A DNA stretch of 64,000 nt from Chrysomallon squamiferum (lineage: Eukaryota > Animalia > Mollusca): assembly GCA_012295275.1 (NCBI GenBank), contig CM022670.1, forward strand, positions 41,106,001 to 41,170,000, read 5' to 3'. Both the position numbers and the translations under genes were made by a program. Below are positions 1-14,100 of this stretch, piece after piece; position 1 is the stretch's first letter, and the number at the start of each line of letters is the position of its first letter. The notes beneath the pieces were generated by a model. That model saw only the letters and a program-made list of their open reading frames with translations. It was not told the DNA's origin and did not search any database.

Positions 1-3000
1 TCTTCAAGCAGTTACTAATGTCAGACACCAAGCCTTAAAATGGAAAGGTTATGTGACCAAAAGAAGAATTCAAAAACAAACACGTACAGTTAATCGGATG
101 TTTATTTATTTCATTACTGGACTAAACTTTTATTTTTTAATTTAACTTTTTCTTTAACTTTGTGTGTGTGTGTGTCTTGTTGTTTTTATTATACTGTTGT
201 TGTCTTCGGAATGAGATTTGTCATTCTAGACTTGTATGTGATTAATTAATTTACATCAAAACAAAAATCCTGAAATGCCTACTCAGTATGTATAAATATA
301 AAAACAGCAGACTAATATGTTTAGTCCATCAGTTTGCCTTCATTCAACTTACTGATGTATATTCACACACACATAATGTAATCCTAGAAAGTCACTTGTA
401 TATATTAAAATGATTAGAGCTAAAATCTTGAATATTTATAAGTTGACTAACATCATACAAATGACACAAACTTCTGCTTTGTTAATAGCTGTATAAATTG
501 ATAATTAATATTATGAAAATCCCATTTTTTGTTCTGTTAATAGCTGTATAAGTTGAAAATTAACATTATTTTTCATTCTTGTTACTGAGATTTATTTTAT
601 ATTATTAAAAAAATCAAATGTGACATTAGTTAGCAGTATTTTGTAGTTCAGACATGATTTTAAACTGCTTTATTTGTGGCAATAGATATGAATGGCTTCA
701 TTTTTTAAATTATTTATTTTGTTTTATATATTATTATTTAATTTTCTAAATTATTAAAAAGTTAGTTTATTTCCTGATTAGGTATCTTTATTTAAGTTTT
801 GTTTATGTTTTAGGTTTTAAGGTTTCATTAAACATAAGTTGAGTAATTTCTGTTTTGGTAACATGTTTAAATTCTGCAATACTATGATTAACATCTGCAG
901 CTCATTTTCCATACTGTAGAATATCAGAGGTAATGTCAGAGGTTTAGTTAAATACTGTTAGCATTACGTAATTGTTTCCAAATGCATTAAGTCACACTTT
1001 TTACTTAAGTTACACTGTGGATTACTGTTGTTTACTAGCAACTAATTAACAACCAAAATCTGAATTTTTATCATTTTTTAAAATCTGCTGGCCACTGGTG
1101 TTGTAGTAAATAAATACAAGGTTATATCTTAAAATAGAAAAATAAATATAAATAAATAAAATAATAATAATAAATGAATAAATAATTATAACATAAGAAA
1201 AATGTTTATGAAATTATTTTGGTACAGTTCTTGTATGTAACTATTCTAAAGGTTACATTATTTAACGATGATGATGATATGATGATGATGATGATTGTGT
1301 TGTTTTAAAGCATGGCCTGATAACATAGAACTATTTCTTTGAATTGTCTTTTAATACTTAAAATAAACTAACATTTTTTTCACTAAAACTTATTTTTACT
1401 AAACTGACAGCTGATGAGTGTCCATCAGGTATGTATTGTAGTTACATAGAGTAACAAACTATGCATGTTATTTGATGTTGGTAGATTTTATTTAAAACTA
1501 ATCACATCATGCTTCAGCGACAAACAAGCTTTTCAGTATTGCTGTTACATATGCTGCATTGTCTATAAAGTAAAACAAAAAAAAAGTTTTTAAAGTTAAG
1601 GTTGTTAAAAGTTCATGTTTCTTATTTTTGCTTTTATATATATTTAAAAACTGTATTGTATGTCTGTCACAATTTTCATTCCTTTGCAAATTTCAATTTA
1701 TTTATTTATTCTATTTTTATTTATTTATTTATTTTATATCATACAATATTTCATCTTATGATTTTATATGTAGATTAATAATAATAATAATAATAACAAC
1801 AAAAATAATTTCAATTTCATAATCAGCTGTGTTTTAATTGACCTTTTATTATAGTTTTTGTATTTTTTCATGTCTTTATCAATTTATTCACTGACTCACA
1901 TTTTAGTCCAGATAAATTAGAACAAAACTAAAAACTGAAGAGTTTTTCATTTTTCATTTCTATTTTTATCAGAGATCTGAAGATGATCTAATTTCACTTA
2001 AAAATAACTTTGTTTTATTCATCTCTCTATCTTCATTTTCAGTAAACATTTTCACTTCTTCCTATAAACAAATTGTTTTTAACAGACACTATCTCATTGT
2101 CAAGAATAATATGTAAATGTGTTATTCCTAAATGAATAATATAGAAATATTATTTATTTTTCACAAATACCATGTGGGAGGTTTTGTTTTTGTTTTGTTA
2201 AACAAGCCACTAACATTAGTTTGTTAAATATGTTTTCTTTTCTAAAACTGTGAAGTGGCAAAATGGTTCTAACGTTTATTAAATATTTAAGATAGATAAA
2301 TTCAGGTTTCCTTATTGTTCTCTGAATTATCTATAGAATAATTAATTATATACCATTATCTGCATTATATATTATTAAATTTGCTTCTTTCATTATACAA
2401 TAAATATTTAAATATATAATTCAATATACAAACACAGAAAGCAAATTATATGTAGTAAGAAATCATAATTATCACTGTTGTATTTACCAAATTGGCAAGA
2501 ATAAAATATGAATATCAAAGTAATTTGTTTACTTTTGTTTCCACAAATGATAGCTATACTAGAACATGAATATGAACATCACAAAGACCAAGAGATAACA
2601 GGCCAGTTAGGACTGGGTGACATCCACCCAGACTTTGTGAGTACCCAGGCAGAGGAGAAAGCTGCATCATCAAAGAGTTGTGGAAATCAAGAATTAATGA
2701 AATATTTTGCCAGTCTTGGCCAATCTACTGATGAAAATGAGACAATAAATCTGAATTTTGTTGAAACTCTGCTGCATGGTGGAGCAAACATAAACTGTAC
2801 TGACAAACATGGACAGACAATTTTACATGAAGTAAGTGTAGCAGAAATTTCTTAGTCTTATTATTTTAGTCTTGTCCAAGTGGTTTTTTAGTACCAGAGA
2901 CTTTCAATTCAGTTTTCATGGGTCACTAGATCTATAAATCTTGATGATCCATATTTTCTGTTTATCATAAGCTAATGATCTGTAAGTGGCCTTCCTTAGA

Positions 3001-4810
3001 ATTAAAATGTGTTTATTTACTATTTTCTTGTTAAGATTTTTATACTGTATTTGATTTTAATTATATTTAGGTTGCTCGAACATGGCATGTAGATGTTGCC
3101 AGATTTCTTATTGAACATAGAGCCAACGTCAATGCTGCTGACTTGTATGGCAGAACTCCACTCCATGTTGCAGCAGCAGTAGATTATGCAGACATGGTCA
3201 ACCTACTCATTGACAACAAAGGTGTGTGTGTGTATGGTTTTTCTTATTCATTAAGTATCCTCTTTCTCAAGGGTAGACTGGTCTGTTTATAACAGATTGA
3301 AATATGTGCAGTGTTGTATGTATTTCCCAGTCAAAATTGACAAATAATTCTGCTTATCGTTAAATATTATGTAAACAGTAACATGTAGTTCCATTGGACA
3401 TGGCAGCATGAAATATATAAATCACTCTAGTGATTTGAAGACATAAACCATGAATTTTTATTTTCCCGTAATGTCAGATATGGTGATTTTAAGTAATATG
3501 TTTTATATATAGTAGTAAATTATATGTGTTTATAAACAATTAGCTTTGTTGTCTGTTTCAGCTGACAAGGAAGCTCGGACAATTAACGGAGAAGATCAGA
3601 CTCCTGTCTTTTATGCAGCTAAATCTGATTCCTGCAAGTCTTTGAAAGCTCTCATTAAAAGAGGATGTGAGTTCAAAACAATCCGAGATGGCAAAGGTAG
3701 AACACCCATTCATGCTGCTGCTCAGCTAGGTAAATTTCAGATTTAGAAATTCTAATATTTGTTGTTAATATTTATCTGTATGAAGCTGATATGTTCATAA
3801 TTAATCATTTTACACATTGCTTTTAGTAGATTTTTTCCCTTTTTAGTACAAGGTAAAAATTAGTTATTATTATTATTATTATTAAATAATAATATTTGTT
3901 TTATATTTTTATTTCTAGGTATGTGACTAATGTATATATATATATATATAAAAACAATACATTTTTTTTCAGATCGCAGTGAGACAGCCAAGTTACTCCT
4001 AAAGGAACAGGCTCCTGTAGATGTCAGTGATAACTCTGGTGTAAAAGCCATCACCTGGATGATCACAAAAATGCCACCTGTGGTATGTACTGTTAAACCT
4101 TCACAAAACTAAAAGATTTCCCTCTCAAAGGAAAATAATAATATGGCATAATTATGTATTGACATAGTTAACAGTTCATAGAGATACTGTTTTACATACA
4201 AAATTTTGTGTGTGCTGTTTTTCAGGCCAATGAAGCTCTCAATCAGTTCCGAACAGCAAATCGTGCAAACAGAGAACAGCGTTTTTATCTCAGTCTTCTA
4301 GTTCAGGATAAAAGTGAGTTGTAATAACAAATTTCTCCTTTAAGATTTTTTAAATTTCAGTTGGTAATTATGTTTGACTGTTATTAAATACTATTTGTGG
4401 AGACAGACATACACATGTACTTTCTCACATATCAGATCTTAAGCTGTAAGAGAGAGTTGCAGTAAAGCAGGAATATACCAAGCAGAATTCATCATACCAA
4501 GATAACTTTGCTGCAACATATTCCTTTTCACTTTACAAAAACAGTTTTCTGACATTTAATTTATCATTAATGGAATAATGTTTTGTTTGAAAATTATATA
4601 TTATGTCAAATTTTTAATCTCTAGTAAAGTTTAATTAAATCTCACTGTCCAAACTTTTACAAAAACTGTTTTCTGACATTCAATTTATCCTTACTGGAAT
4701 ATTATTTTATTGTTAAGTTTTCAGTAATTTGTTCTGATACTTGTATTAAATTTCACTATTCAAACTTGAATTATTTCAGTTAAGCCCTATTTGATTTTGT
4801 ATCACACATG

Positions 4811-4849
<39 letters not shown>

Positions 4850-7800
4850 TTAAGTGTTTTGTATAGTTTTCAGTGTTTTCAAAGTGATTATGTTTTAATG
4901 TTTTACAGAAAAAGATCCAGATGGTGGAAAACCAACCCCAGTAAGTATTTCTCTTCTGACTTCTATTAATATGTGCATTTGTAATTAATAAATTTAAAAT
5001 AATTTTTATTATGAGATTATTTTAAAGCCTTACAATGTTTTACAAACAAATGTAATTACTCTCATGTTTCTGATTGATTTTGTGTATATACAAGCCAAAA
5101 AAAAAAATATATATTACATCTGCTTTAGGTTGGGTTTATTAATTAATTAAGTTGATTATAGGATGACAAATGACACTCTCTAGCATCAAATTAAAAATTT
5201 TAGCCGGGCACTTATCAAATTAAAATAATAATATAAAATGTGTAGTATAAGTAAAAAGTTATTTATCCATAGAGATGGGCTTTTTTCTGGTTGTAGAAGT
5301 CATTTTCTTTAAAAAAAAAAAAAAAAAGATTTAGTCAGAAAACTATTTATTTTCATTTGTTTTAAATGGGCTTTTCAGTTTTGTTCATTTGAATTATTTT
5401 CAAGATATGTATGTATTACACTCTACTTATTTCAGACAGTCTTTGAAAATACATGCCTAATTATGTGAGAAAAAACATTATCTGAATATTATTAAAGTTA
5501 AAAGCCAAAATAAAATAAAATAAAATAAAATAAACAAAAAAAAATAAATAAAATAAAGATAAAAAAAAAATTATAATGATACAAATAAATAAATAAATAG
5601 ATCATAATAAATAAAAATAAAAATAATAATAATACTTAAAGAAATAAAAGGATCAAATAAATATAAATATCTGTTTACATTTGTACCAGCTTCATATAAT
5701 TAATTAGCTACGTTAAAATATTGATTTACTGTGAAAGTTAAAAACATATAGCTAGTCAAATAAGAACTAAATAATTCATGAGAACATTTTAAAAGCTATT
5801 TCCTTCTATACCAGCTCCATGTTATTGTGCAGCAGAAACAATTCCAACTTCTTATGAATGAAACTATTCAGCGCTTGATTGAAATCATGTGGCAAAAATT
5901 TGGCCTGTATGTTTAGTGTGAATGCAGTTCTGTATTTGCAGTGGTGGTTGTATTCTTCTCAGTGTTACTGTCTGCTCAGATGGCTAAATGTGTGTTGCTT
6001 CAAATTTCAGGTTTTCTATCTCATACTAAACACACACATAGGCTAAACAAAATGATTTGTTAAAATTAAATTTTAGATATTAAATATCTATAAACTAACC
6101 TTTCTGTCAATAAGGTAATATTTCTCAATTTTTAAAATATAATAAAATATAATATTAGTTAATATTAATGGTTTTCTTTCTACATTTTTGATAGTGATTT
6201 TATTGTAGTACAATATTTTATTAGAACAGAAGCTAATCATTTATTAGACTTTGGAGTTCTTTTGTTGATGATATTTTTTCATTGTTGGAATAAGCATCTT
6301 AATTGTTTTCATAATCAATTAATTTCACTCAGTGTGTAAAAATATGAGATAAAAATTAAGTTATAAACAGCTACTAATACAAAAATATCACAAACTATAT
6401 AATAAGTGGATAGATCATTTCTGAAGTGGGCATTTGGTTTGATATAATGCATACATATCAACCATTTAACTACATAAAAATCATATTAGTGACAAATTAA
6501 ACATTCAGTTTTGTTTGTTTATTTAATTTTTCCTTTGTTTTCTTTATATATAATATGTCTGTTTTTTATTTTTGGACATTGAATTTTTGTCATGTGATTT
6601 GTCGAATGTGTTGTTCAAAATAAACCAAAAAATATTAAAATGTTCATAAAATGTTTATTAAGCAGTGGTCTTAAAATAAATAACAAATGTAGGTATATGA
6701 AATATCTATTTGTTCACTCCTTCACATTTAAACCAACATTATATTAATTTCTAATGATATATTTAATATTTACTAAAATAATAAAATAATATAATTCAGT
6801 ATTTATTAATCTGCTCAATGTATAGTAGAAAGCATTTGGCAGGGTCAGTTGTAAAATGGTTATTTATTTACCATACTTATTTAATTACTTTTATTTTTTA
6901 TTTTCCATTTAAACACACTTTCTTTCCGAATACCAAGATTTTTCATTGCAAATATTTAATTTTTTAAATTGCAAAAAAAACATTTTTTTTAAAATTTTGT
7001 GATTTTATGGTTGTTGTGTTTTTTTCTGTTATTTATTTATGTTTTATTTTTAACTGTTGTAAGCTTCATAATATGAACCTTCTTTGAATTATGTCACTTT
7101 GTTTCAGTAAATCAGGCACCATTTAAAATTATTTCTTAATGCTTAATAAGTGCTAATTGTTTCATGATAACCTAAGAGTGACTAATTGTTTTATTATGCT
7201 TGTCACAGTTGTAAATATATATATATCTGTCTTGGACAGGTTACTACCTGAGGTGGGATCTATGTGTGCAGTATATTATAAATACTGTATCACGTTTTTG
7301 TACATTAGAATACAAGACATGTTTAAAAACTGTATTTGCACTAGCATTGAACATTTACTATAGCAGTAAAGATTAATGTAGATGAATAGAAATATTGAAA
7401 TCTGGCACATCAATCATATATGGGTAAATACAATGAAAACAGCAATTATATAAATAACTAGTTACCAAGTGTGTTCAGGGGATAGTGACTGTTCCATGGG
7501 AATCATTCCACAGTTCTCTCCTAAGACAAACATCTCTGTGCTTTTATATATTTATTTGGTAACGTGTTATGAAACTTTCTGCTAGACGTCTGTCAGCAGA
7601 TCATTCTGTGATACAAGACCAGTAACACTGACCACTCCTGAGGTGATCAGTAATCCTGCAATTCCCAGGCTTTTAGTTGACTGAGCAGACCAAAACAATG
7701 TTAAATGCTGAACTGACAGATTTTTGAATTTTTTTTTAAATTTCGGTACTTACTAATAAGATATTGTTTTTTAATGTGTAACTCTTTTTCATTTTGCATT

Positions 7801-10800
7801 GTTTAAATGCTGTAATTATTCATATTTTATTAACAGCTTAAAGGCGGATGTGTGTGTGTGATAATGCATACGACCAGAGAAAATGTAATTTTTATGCAAC
7901 AAGCTAGAAATTAATTTTATGTTAAATAAAGTTAAATGAATTAAAACAAATTCAGTAATAATGTTATATTATTTCAACATTATGTTATAAGATAAGAATA
8001 TTTTTAAATAGTTTTATTATGTTAATATTTTAGGTTGTATATATTAGTATAAATGTTTTATGTTAGTAACTTATATCTTTTATTACTATGTTGTTATGTT
8101 AGTCTAAGGTATGTGTTTATTACAGTGTTATTATGCTGATTTGTAATGATATAAATGTTTTATGGTGGTGTGTTATTAGATATCTTTTTGTTACAGACGA
8201 GGTGCATGGATTAACTTGATGCTGAACTTGTTGTATATTCTCATGTGGACTTTTATTGGTGTTCTTGTGGAATATGATGACAGGCACCAATACACCTTAC
8301 CAAATGACATCTGGAGAATTGTATTATGGGTTAGTAACTCATTAAATGACATTTCATAGGTGCAAAAAAATATTTAATCAGGATGTATCTGGCCAAGACA
8401 GACCTTAAAGTGACTATTGTTGAACATTTGTGTTTGTTTATTTCAAACACACCTCCATCATTTCAAAGTTGCCCAGTTCATTTGCAAATTCTGGGTGTTT
8501 CTTATGATCTCTCACCCAAACAACACCTCAGGTTAAGCAAGGAAGCAGAGTTCAAAGTTGACTGACCATAATATCTCAACTGTCTTTTTACTCCTGTAAA
8601 TATGAAGTTATAAATAATTGATCTCGGAAATTATCAGCGATGAAGGGGTAATGTTCATTTTGAAAAAACTGAACAGTTTTTAAAATTGAATTTAAAATAA
8701 TAATAAAAAATGTATTGATAAAAGTTTGTATTTTACACACACCCAACATACAATCGGCTTCCAATATTATCACCAGGAAACAAATGACATGGTGAAAGAC
8801 TGGCTAGTAAATGGATGCATGTTTGCAGTAAACTAGTATAACAGTGCAGTATTTTAAGGTCTCTTAAGCTATCTGCGATTCAGTTTCAGTCCCATTCAGT
8901 ATTTCTTTAGTATTTCTTTAGTTATCATTGGAAGCATTTAGAAATTGATGTTACTTTTACTGCATCTTGAATCAACTATCTGAATTTTCTTTTAATATTC
9001 TGATGTTTTAAAATATTGTTATTTTAATTATTATAATTATTCTGTTTTTATATTTGAGATGATTTGATTGCTTCCTTGTTCATTGTTTGGTTGTATATTT
9101 GTTTCAGTTGGTAGCTGTTGCATTTACTGTATGGCAGATAGTGGAAGAGCTGTTGGAATACACTCGGTCAAAAAGAGCACATCGGGTTTGTAATCTAAGT
9201 ACTCTGATCCAAAACCATAGATTGATATAACCATTGTATTACATTTCCTAATTTTAACAAACTACAACAACTCTGTCATTAATGTTGTGGTTATGTTCAT
9301 GAAAGTACTTCTTTACCTGAAATGTTAAGTGAAACTGATTTTACACAGTTATATAAATGGAGGATTATGTCTTTGAAACATATCTGGCATATATCCTCAC
9401 ATGGTTAAGGGAAAAAAAATAATTCTCTACTGTAAACAGAAATAATGTATATTCACATACAAATAAGATAAATAAACAAAAATAAAATTAATATTTGTTT
9501 GATGGCTGATGCAATAATGGATGTAGTTGTGGTGGTTGGGAGAGTTGGAAGCTGCTAATAGATAGATGAGATTTCAATCCTTCTCCTGATCACTGAAATG
9601 CACTCAAAATCGATGTTTGAAAAGAGGAAAACGACACCAAACAACAAATATGGTGCTTAGAGCATCGGTTATAGAATGGAGCATTATGATAGTCAGGCTT
9701 GGAATGCCTTTATACCAAATATTTTATGTCATCATATATTTACATCTTTTATCTTTCTTAATTGTTGTTTATTTATCAGTTTGTTCCATCCTCATTTTTT
9801 GATTACCTCATCAGACCATCCATCCATCCACGAGTCTGTTCATGTTTTGTTGTTGTTTTCAGAATGCAATGAAGTGGCAAACTCAGGAAATAAATGAAGA
9901 TTTAAAATTCTGTCACCCTCAGTGGCCAGAAGAAAGACATTTCCTAGAATCAGAGTTGAAAGAACTAACCAAGCTAAGCCCTAACTACTTCAGTGACTAC
10001 TGGTAAAACATAAACAAAAATTTTATTTCATATTTCAGATGTTATTGGTGTATTAGAAACACTGTAACTTTTGTTTCTGTTTGAAAATAAGTGGAAATCA
10101 CAATTTATCTGTGCAAAATTTCTGACATTAAGATTTAGGCACATACAACAGAATTGTATGATTAAAAACATGTATTTTCTAAGAATATGTTTTGATGTTG
10201 TTTACTTCTTGTTTAATGCTTTGATTTGTTTTTTCTTGTTTACTTATACTGTAGATTTTTATTTAAAAACATAATGGTTTTGTATTTTTTAGGAATATTT
10301 TTGACTGGGTGTGTTACTTTTTGTTGTTGACATCAATCATCACTCACCTGGTTGACATTGGTTACCACACAAACCAGCTTGCACGTGCACATATCCGTGT
10401 GATGAGTGTTACAATAATTCTACTCTGGCTGAGGCTAATGAAAAATGCTAGAGCATTTTCAGTTTTTGGTATTTAAAAAAAAATTATATTTTTGTTTTTT
10501 CCTTACCCAGATTTAATTTATAAGAAACTTATGGAGCATGAACTTTATATTTAATTCATGATCTGTTGATATTTGAAAGCATGGAGAATAGTTCAGTATA
10601 ATTTGAACAAGTGAAAAATAAATTAGTAAGTAAATAATTACTATGAAAGAAATCAAAATAAAATCTGAAATAAATTAGTCAATACTTTTTTAAAAATAAA
10701 AGAAAGAAAGGAATTGTGAAATGTTTATCAGACTTTTTATTATGAATGTGCTGTTTTTGTTGTTTGTGGTGATGTTGTGTTTACTTGATATACTTTCTAA

Positions 10801-11107
10801 CAGGACCTTTCATTGTGATGCTGGGACACATGATGGGAGACATGGTGAGGTTTGCATTTCTCTACTGTGAGTTCTACATTCCATACGGTGAGTAACTTAT
10901 TCTTTACATAGTTACTACATGTGTTTATTTCTGCATTCAGAAAGGTCAAAAATGTGAAAAATTCAATCATGTTTTCTTTCATGACAGTGAAAGCAACACG
11001 TTCTCTGATTTGTGTCCAAATTTTCCCTAACAATTTGTGCCTCATTTCTTCAGATGCATTCACATACTGTTAATATTTAACAATTTTATCAGAATTTGTT
11101 TTTGTTT

Positions 11108-11138
<31 letters not shown>

Positions 11139-14100
11139 ATGTATGTATATAAAGAAAAAAGAAAACAAAAAAAGAAAAAACATTTTTCCCCAAGTTGAAG
11201 CAAATTCATGATTATTTTCCAGTTTGTGCCTTTTGGATGTTGTTTGGTGGGGAGAAGAAACCGGACTCGGGGAAAGGTCCATTGATCAATGTGACCTGGT
11301 TTAATGACATCGATCAGGTCATGTTTAGTCTGTTTAGGCTGACCCTAGTTGATGACTATGATTATGAGGTTAGTTAAAACTACTATGTATTTATAATATA
11401 TTAGAAAAGATGAAGTACATCCATACTTAGATATTTTACATATTAACTTTCATATTTTTGCTCTGTCAGTATTTTTAATTGTTTTTAATTTCAGTATTTA
11501 TTTATATGTAAAGAAAACAGTATTTGTCTTAGTTGTAATACTTAAATATATATATTTTCATTTTTTTAACTTTTTGAGCATTTGAAACAAGTTGATTCTG
11601 TCATGGCCGATATTCTTATTGGAACCTGGTTGGCACTGTCAGCCATATTGTGCCTTAATCTCTTCATAGCACTGTTGTCAGACACCTTTCAGCGGTAGGT
11701 TTTTGTTTGGCCTTGATCTGGTAAAAGCTGAGTATGTTTGAGTGTGCTGTTTAATGTCATATACTGGTGTGTTATTTTTATGTGTGTAAAAGATTAATTA
11801 TTTTGTTAAATTTATACAGTTACAGATACAACAGTTCGAATATAGGCCATAATGTTACAGTTTCACTTTGTTATGAAGAAATCATTTCAAATATTTATCA
11901 TTTTATTTTTCAGTCTGCTTGAGGATTTATAAACAGTATTTGGAAGTAACTCAAACTGATTTTGTTTGATGTTTTCTGGGTCAGAATAAAAAATGTTTTA
12001 ATGATTATATTTTGAATTATTAAAAAGGAAGCCCCAAGTTCAACAGTTACTCTTTTTGTCACAAAATATGTTTTATATATAAGTATATGCCAACTTGAAT
12101 ATACAAGAATTAGAATGTTGACTGGATTTAATATCCAAATATAGTATGATTCATTCTGCAGTCTAGTGATCCTCAGTCAATTGATATATATAGAGCTACA
12201 GCTCAGATAAATGTTGTTACCCTTATCTTATACTAATATTTGATATTTTCCTGCACAGGGTTTATGATAATGCTCAGTCAAATGCTCTCATGCAGAAAGC
12301 TATCACAATTTTAAACATCTGGGAAGGAATGTCAAAGAAACGACGTCAAAAATTTCTTAAATATGTGCACAGTGAATGCAACCCCAAACGAGATCCCTAC
12401 GATGATGATGTAGCAACTAGTGGAGAGGAGAATCTTAAAAAAGTCACCATCCAAATCAAGGTACAGGTTTTGAAATATTTGTTATAAATAATAATAATAA
12501 TAATAATAACAATAATAATAATAATAATAATAATAATAGTAGTAGTAGTAGTAATAGTAGTAATGATATTTTATGATAATCATGATGATATTACTGCTAA
12601 AGACTTTGATAATGATCATGTTTATACTACTACAGCTAATAATATTTATTATTACAATGATGATGTTCTAATATGCTAATAATAATACTCATCCTTTTAA
12701 AGGAAGGACTTGATGAACTGATACAAAGCTGGAAAGCAAGGTTCGGACGTGACATGCAGGTAAATATAAAAATGTTTAAAACAACAAAATCTGCTGATAA
12801 CTATGAGCTTTGAATATTTTAAATGTTAGATGTCTTTATAACAACCTTCATTCATTAATTCATTTTTATTCAAATGTGTCCAAAAACCCATTCTATTTTA
12901 GGAATTCTCTGGTGGTTCTGGTGGTGGTGGAGGAGGAGGTGGTGGTGGTGGAGGAGGTGGGAGTGGAGGAGGAGGTGGTATGGGTCAGGATGTAAAACGT
13001 AATCGTGGGGTGGTGGTCACGGTAGACCAGTTCAAGAAGGAGATCAATGTTTTACACATTGGAATAAAAGACTTGCAGGACAGACAGGAAAACATCATGA
13101 ACAGTCTGAAACGTGACACAAAAACTATCAAACATCTACTCCAGCAACTCAGTCAATCCATATTAGAATTAGGTTTGTACTGTTTTATAATCATGTCAGG
13201 TTGACTGGTATTATTGTTTACATTAAAAATAGGTAACAGATTGACTTATTTTACATAATAAATAGATAACTGAGATTGACTTATTTTACATTATAAATAG
13301 AAAACAGATTGAATTATTTTACATTATAAATAGATAACAGATTGACTTATTTTACATTATAAATATATAACAGATTTACAGATTTTACATTGTAAATAGG
13401 TAACAGAGATTGACTGTTCTTACATTATAAATAGATAACAGACTGAATTATTTTACATTATAAATAGATAACTGAGGCTGACATATTTTACATTATAATA
13501 GATAACGAAAACTGACTTAGTTTACATTATAAATAGATAAATGAGAATGACTTATTTTACATTAAAAATAGATAAGTGAGATTGACTTATTTTACATTAT
13601 AAACGTAATAATATAAATATTCAAATACAACATTATTTTATTGAAATGTTCAAACATCTGTAAAATTTAATGTGGTTTGTTATGTAGAATAATGCAGTTA
13701 TTAATGGAGTATTGTAATTTATATATTTTATCTTTGATTTTATAAACTTCAAATCAGGAATGTTGATGAGAGTTAACTACATTACTCTTTGTTTTAGGTG
13801 ATACAGGTCAGGAAGACACAGAAACGTATGTAGAACATGAACGTCACACAAGATCTGGACACAAGTATGTTTTCTTAATAACACTTCTATTTTAAAGTTT
13901 AATCAAGTCTGATATGTATTTTTCACTTTTTAATACAACCAAATGTCAGTTACGATACATCTATCAATCTGTCAACACATATCTTTGTTACATTATGAAC
14001 AACATAAAAACTTAAAATGCAGTAACGAAGTATATAAAAAATCACTCTTTAACACCTTTCTGCCATGGATTTAACTTGTGTGGTGGTTTAAAAAATCATT

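Noticed and set aside
7580-7700. GC-richer intronic patch with CTGA motifs as a possible C/D snoRNA
   Set aside because: There is no canonical RUGAUGA C box or terminal stem, and it is absent from copy C.
10797-11063. 88-aa minus-strand ORF recurring at 22697 and 58424
   Set aside because: It is the antisense shadow of the S5 exon and intron. It recurs because the DNA is near-identical, is frameshifted in copy C, and shows no protein features.
2508-13204. Assigning a specific symbol such as TRPA1, pyrexia, nan/iav or TRPV5/6
   Set aside because: There are too few ankyrin repeats for TRPA1, and the pore and TRP helix differ from canonical members. Orthology needs a phylogeny.
13215-13605. 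35-bp repeat array as a CRISPR array
   Set aside because: The units are contiguous with no unique spacers, there are no cas genes, and the context is a eukaryotic intron.
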